Source: Octopus bimaculoides
Lineage: Eukaryota
Assembly (NCBI RefSeq): GCF_001194135.2
Contig: NC_068981.1
Location: 116,652,938-116,704,751, forward strand
Direction: 5' to 3'
Length of the DNA stretch: 51,814 nucleotides
Below, piece after piece: positions 47,844 to 51,814 of the stretch (its first letter is position 1; each line of letters begins with the position of its first letter). The notes under the pieces are model-generated. The model searched no databases, was not told the DNA's origin, and saw only the letters and a list, made by a program, of their open reading frames with translations. The position numbers and the translations under genes are program-made.

Positions 47844-49998
47844 NNNNNNNNNNNNNNNNNNNNNNNNNNNNNNNNNNNNNNNNNNNNNNNNNNNNNNNNN
47901 NNNNNNNNNNNNNNNNNNNNNNNNNNNNNNNNNNNNNNNNNNNNNNNNNNNNNNNNNNNNNNNNNNNNNNNNNNNNNNNNNNNNNNNNNNNNNNNNNNNN
48001 NNNNNNNNNNNNNNNNNNNNNNNNNNNNNNNNNNNNNNNNNNNNNNNNNNNNNNNNNNNNNNNNNNNNNNNNNNNNNNNNNNNNNNNNNNNNNNNNNNNN
48101 NNNNNNNNNNNNNNNNNNNNNNNNNNNNNNNNNNNNNNNNNNNNNNNNNNNNNNNNNNNNNNNNNNNNNNNNNNNNNNNNNNNNNNNNNNNNNNNNNNNN
48201 NNNNNNNNNNNNNNNNNNNNNNNNNNNNNNNNNNNNNNNNNNNNNNNNNNNNNNNNNNNNNNNNNNNNNNNNNNNNNNNNNNNNNNNNNNNNNNNNNNNN
48301 NNNNNNNNNNNNNNNNNNNNNNNNNNNNNNNNNNNNNNNNNNNNNNNNNNNNNNNNNNNNNNNNNNNNNNNNNNNNNNNNNNNNNNNNNNNNNNNNNNNN
48401 NNNNNNNNNNNNNNNNNNNNNNNNNNNNNNNNNNNNNNNNNNNNNNNNNNNNNNNNNNNNNNNCGATCTTAGTAATTATGACTAGTTGAAAAGTGTTTTA
48501 TACATATATGTGTGTGTGTATGTATATATATATATATATATATGTGTCGGTACTTACTTTAATGTTTGTTTTCATGTTCATTCATAATCAAAACGATTTT
48601 ACATTAAATATGATGGGTTACTTCATGCATCTGTAGTCCAAATTTATTAGATTTAAACAAAAATATCATTGACAGTGCTTCGAAGTTTCAGTTAATTTTG
48701 TCTTTATATAATCTCTATGGAGCTAACATATTTCGTGGGCATGAGGGTTTCGGAAGATTCGTAATTAGTTATAGGGTGAATTGTTCCAGAGAGGTGCTTT
48801 GAAGAAATTTTCATTGTATAAATTTGGGGGTATGGTATGACTCCTCTTTATATAAATACACATATACGAACGCAGAGTTGAAACGCTGTTTGATTTTCTT
48901 TCATCATAAAACTTCCAACATCCCACTATCAAATTTGACATCACTCCTTCCTTCTTTATTCATTTATCACCCCCTCCTTTCTCATTGGTATATTGTGATG
49001 GAGAAATACACAAGCGCATTATTACGTTGCTATTACTTTCTCTCACTTGCTCTCAATCAGGGCTATTACTCTTACTACTTCTCCTTCACTGAATCAGTAT
49101 TTTCTCTCCTCTCTCGTTACTTATACTACTCTTTCTCCTTTCTGTGTGATTTTGGACAAACATTATACATATATATATATATATATATATATANNNNNNN
49201 NNNNNNNNNNNNNNNNNNNNNNNNNNNNNNNNNNNNNNNNNNNNNNNNNNNNNNNNNNNNNNNNNNNNNNNNNNNNNNNNNNNNNNNNNNNNNNNNNNNN
49301 NNNNNNNNNNNNNNNNNNNNNNNNNNNNNNNNNNNNNNNNNNNNNNNNNNNNNNNNNNNNNNNNNNNNNNNNNNNNNNNNNNNNNNNNNNNNNNNNNNNN
49401 NNNNNNNNNNNNNNNNNNNNNNNNNNNNNNNNNNNNNNNNNNNNNNNNNNNNNNNNNNNNNNNNNNNNNNNNNNNNNNNNNNNNNNNNNNNNNNNNNNNN
49501 NTCTTATATAAACACTATACTCATTATCATATTAGGAGATTGTTATCATTAGTAAAATGAATAATAACAACAATTAGACAGGCCAACAATCAAAAGCTGA
49601 TATATGGCAAATTCGAAATTTTGTAATTAATTTATAATTATAATAGGACACATCTGGTGCCAGCATTGTGGAAAACTTCCAATCACTCGAAAAATAAGAA
49701 GCAGAACAGAAGTTGGGCTACGAGTAAAGAAATTAACTTAACATCTCAGCAGAAACCGTAGAATAGATCATAAACAAGATGGAGAGTTTGAACAGAGTAT
49801 GATAAATTTGATTACATATTGTCAATTATATTAGGCTACGATCGGTTCCATATCAATCTTAATTCAAATTACAATTAAAATTGTATTATGAAATAACGAA
49901 GATAGACATTTCTTCAGGGCGAAAAGTGACACATTTGTTTTTACATGCTAATAGACTGAGCATTCATCAACAGGAAGAAATAGCAGCATGCGTTTATT

Positions 49999-50116
<118 letters not shown>

Positions 50117-50296
50117 TGTTAACATGTTTGCAACAAAGAAACCGTTATAGGTGTATATATACTTATTTTTTCATTTAAATATTTATCAATAAGTAAATCT
50201 ATTATTTCATTTTAATTCATATAATTAATTATGAGAACTTGAATTTACAGTATAATTTTTTATTAATTTATTCATATTTTGTAGGTGTTTTAGTCA

Positions 50297-50792
50297 TAAG
50301 TGTTGGTGCATAAGGTTACTTTCTTTGGTTTAAACATGCTAACACGAATGCACAAACATAAATAAATGCATACAACTATTTTAGTCTGTTGATGAACTCT
50401 CAATCAATGAGGATATAAAAACAAATGTGTCAATTTTTGCACTGAAGAAATATCTACCTTCGTTATTTCATAATGCAATTTTAATTGTAATTTGAATGAA
50501 GACTGATATGGAAATAATCGTAATTTTATATAATTGACAAAATGTTATGATCTCATCTACAGAATTAATGTTCTTCCCGTCCAAATGATTTTGAAGACTT
50601 TGGAATAAATGATAATCGAATATTGTGGATTGGGGCATCGTTTCCCATTCAAATTGCTCCAACCTTTGGAATGTCATCCTTGCTGTTTGTATGTGGCCGA
50701 GCATTATTCTGATGGAAGAATACCTTTCATCTTGAAACCGAAGATGGTCATTTTTTTTTCTAGCGCAGACTTAAGCCGCTCAAGCTCCTCGC
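50297..50792 (-). mobile_element. Mariner 3' fragment, same family as the 23.0-23.9 kb element
   Basis: CEELERLKSALEKK..FFHQNNARPH..RMTFQRLEQFEWETMP..DYHLFQSLQNHLDGK; TIR-like tgttggtgcataag. Confidence 0.85.
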
Positions 50793-50831
50793 ACTTTTAA
50801 ACCCGAACTCATTTGGTTCGGGTTTAAAAGT
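50793..50831. repeat. Perfect 16-bp inverted repeat with a 7-nt loop
   Basis: acttttaaacccgaac-tcatttg-gttcgggtttaaaagt. Confidence 0.9.
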
Positions 50832-51814
50832 TCGAAGTGTGCTAAACTTTTATTATCCCACCAAAAAATAACATCACATTATGTGGGTGAAGACCTTTAG
50901 TCTGGGGTGCTGGTGTTTCTCCTCGTGTGGTATTTTCGCTCGTGTGCTACCTTCCATTTTTAATTTGGTGATCCAAATCGGAGGTGCAATCTATGTGGGT
51001 GTCTTTTCAGAACATTGTCTGGTTTAAAAAGCCATATCAGATGCCATGATGGTGCTAAGGGGTAGGCACATGAGGTGGACAAACTCTACATAAGGAGTAG
51101 ACAACCACCATATACGTATGTGTGTGTGCATGCGTGTATGTTTGTGTGTATGCATGTGTGTGAGTATTTACGTGTATATATATATATATATATGAATATT
51201 TCTGTGTTCATGTGTATTAATGTTCAGAATGTTCCTTGAATATTCTAGAAGCCCATTTGTGATATATTTTAAGACAAGTCATGAATAAATAATCAAACAA
51301 ATAAGTGACACGATTCTGGTCTTTTGTTGTAAATTTATTTGACAAACCTAATTGGGGGGGGGGGGCAAAATAGTTGGAGTCTCTCCAGTTGAACACAGCG
51401 ATTTTAACGAAGTCTCTACCTACTTTAGCAAAGAAAAGGTTCTAAAGATCACATACATACTTTAGACTCTCGTTTGTTTGATACATTTCCATGACCATAT
51501 ATAATGAGCAATCTAGATTCGAATAACTTCTTTTTTAATTTTTGTGATCATACTACTGTCGAATCTTTTATTTCTCTCGCGCTTAAAAAGATTTCTTGGA
51601 ATAGATTCAAACTGGTTTTTATGTTCTAATCTTGAAATACAATTGTATCATTGATGTCCACAATTGTAGTGTAAGTCCATGGAGAAGCGTAGAGGAAGTT
51701 TGACGGTGCAAAATCTACGCGCGCGCGCACACATGCACATCTATGTAGATTTTATACAGGTGCAAACACACACGCATATATGTATATATATAAATATATA
51801 TATGCGTATATATA

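Overview
This is AT-rich, repeat-dominated animal genomic DNA from a gapped scaffold. About 6.5 kb is N, and nearly every gap is flanked by (AT)n, (GATA)n, (AG)n or (ATT)n. The tRNA-derived SINEs resemble ones I recall from Octopus, so a cephalopod origin is likely, but this is from memory and not checked. There are no prokaryotic genes, rRNA, intact tRNA genes or CRISPR arrays. Almost all ORF-track entries are microsatellite or gap artefacts. Real content: (1) many SINE copies; (2) decayed DNA transposons, namely five mariner relics including a foldback made of two 5' ends, a Tc1/maT-like relic, a Tc1/mariner MITE and an internally deleted piggyBac; (3) non-LTR relics, namely three R4/Dong-type fragments, two CR1-like fragments and Penelope-like fragments; (4) a few candidate exons of unidentified host genes, including a 23-nt microexon. 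The most interesting signal is five minimal hammerhead-ribozyme (HHR)-like motifs in two short repeat families (7.8, 34.2/34.4, 35.4 and 40.7 kb). All five carry an extra A after the core heptamer. Four have a loopless palindromic ACGU stem III of the dimer-type found in Penelope-like elements and retrozymes; the 40.7 kb copy reads AUGU. Two of them form the arms of a ~377-bp foldback, and one is fused to the tail of a Dong-like LINE.
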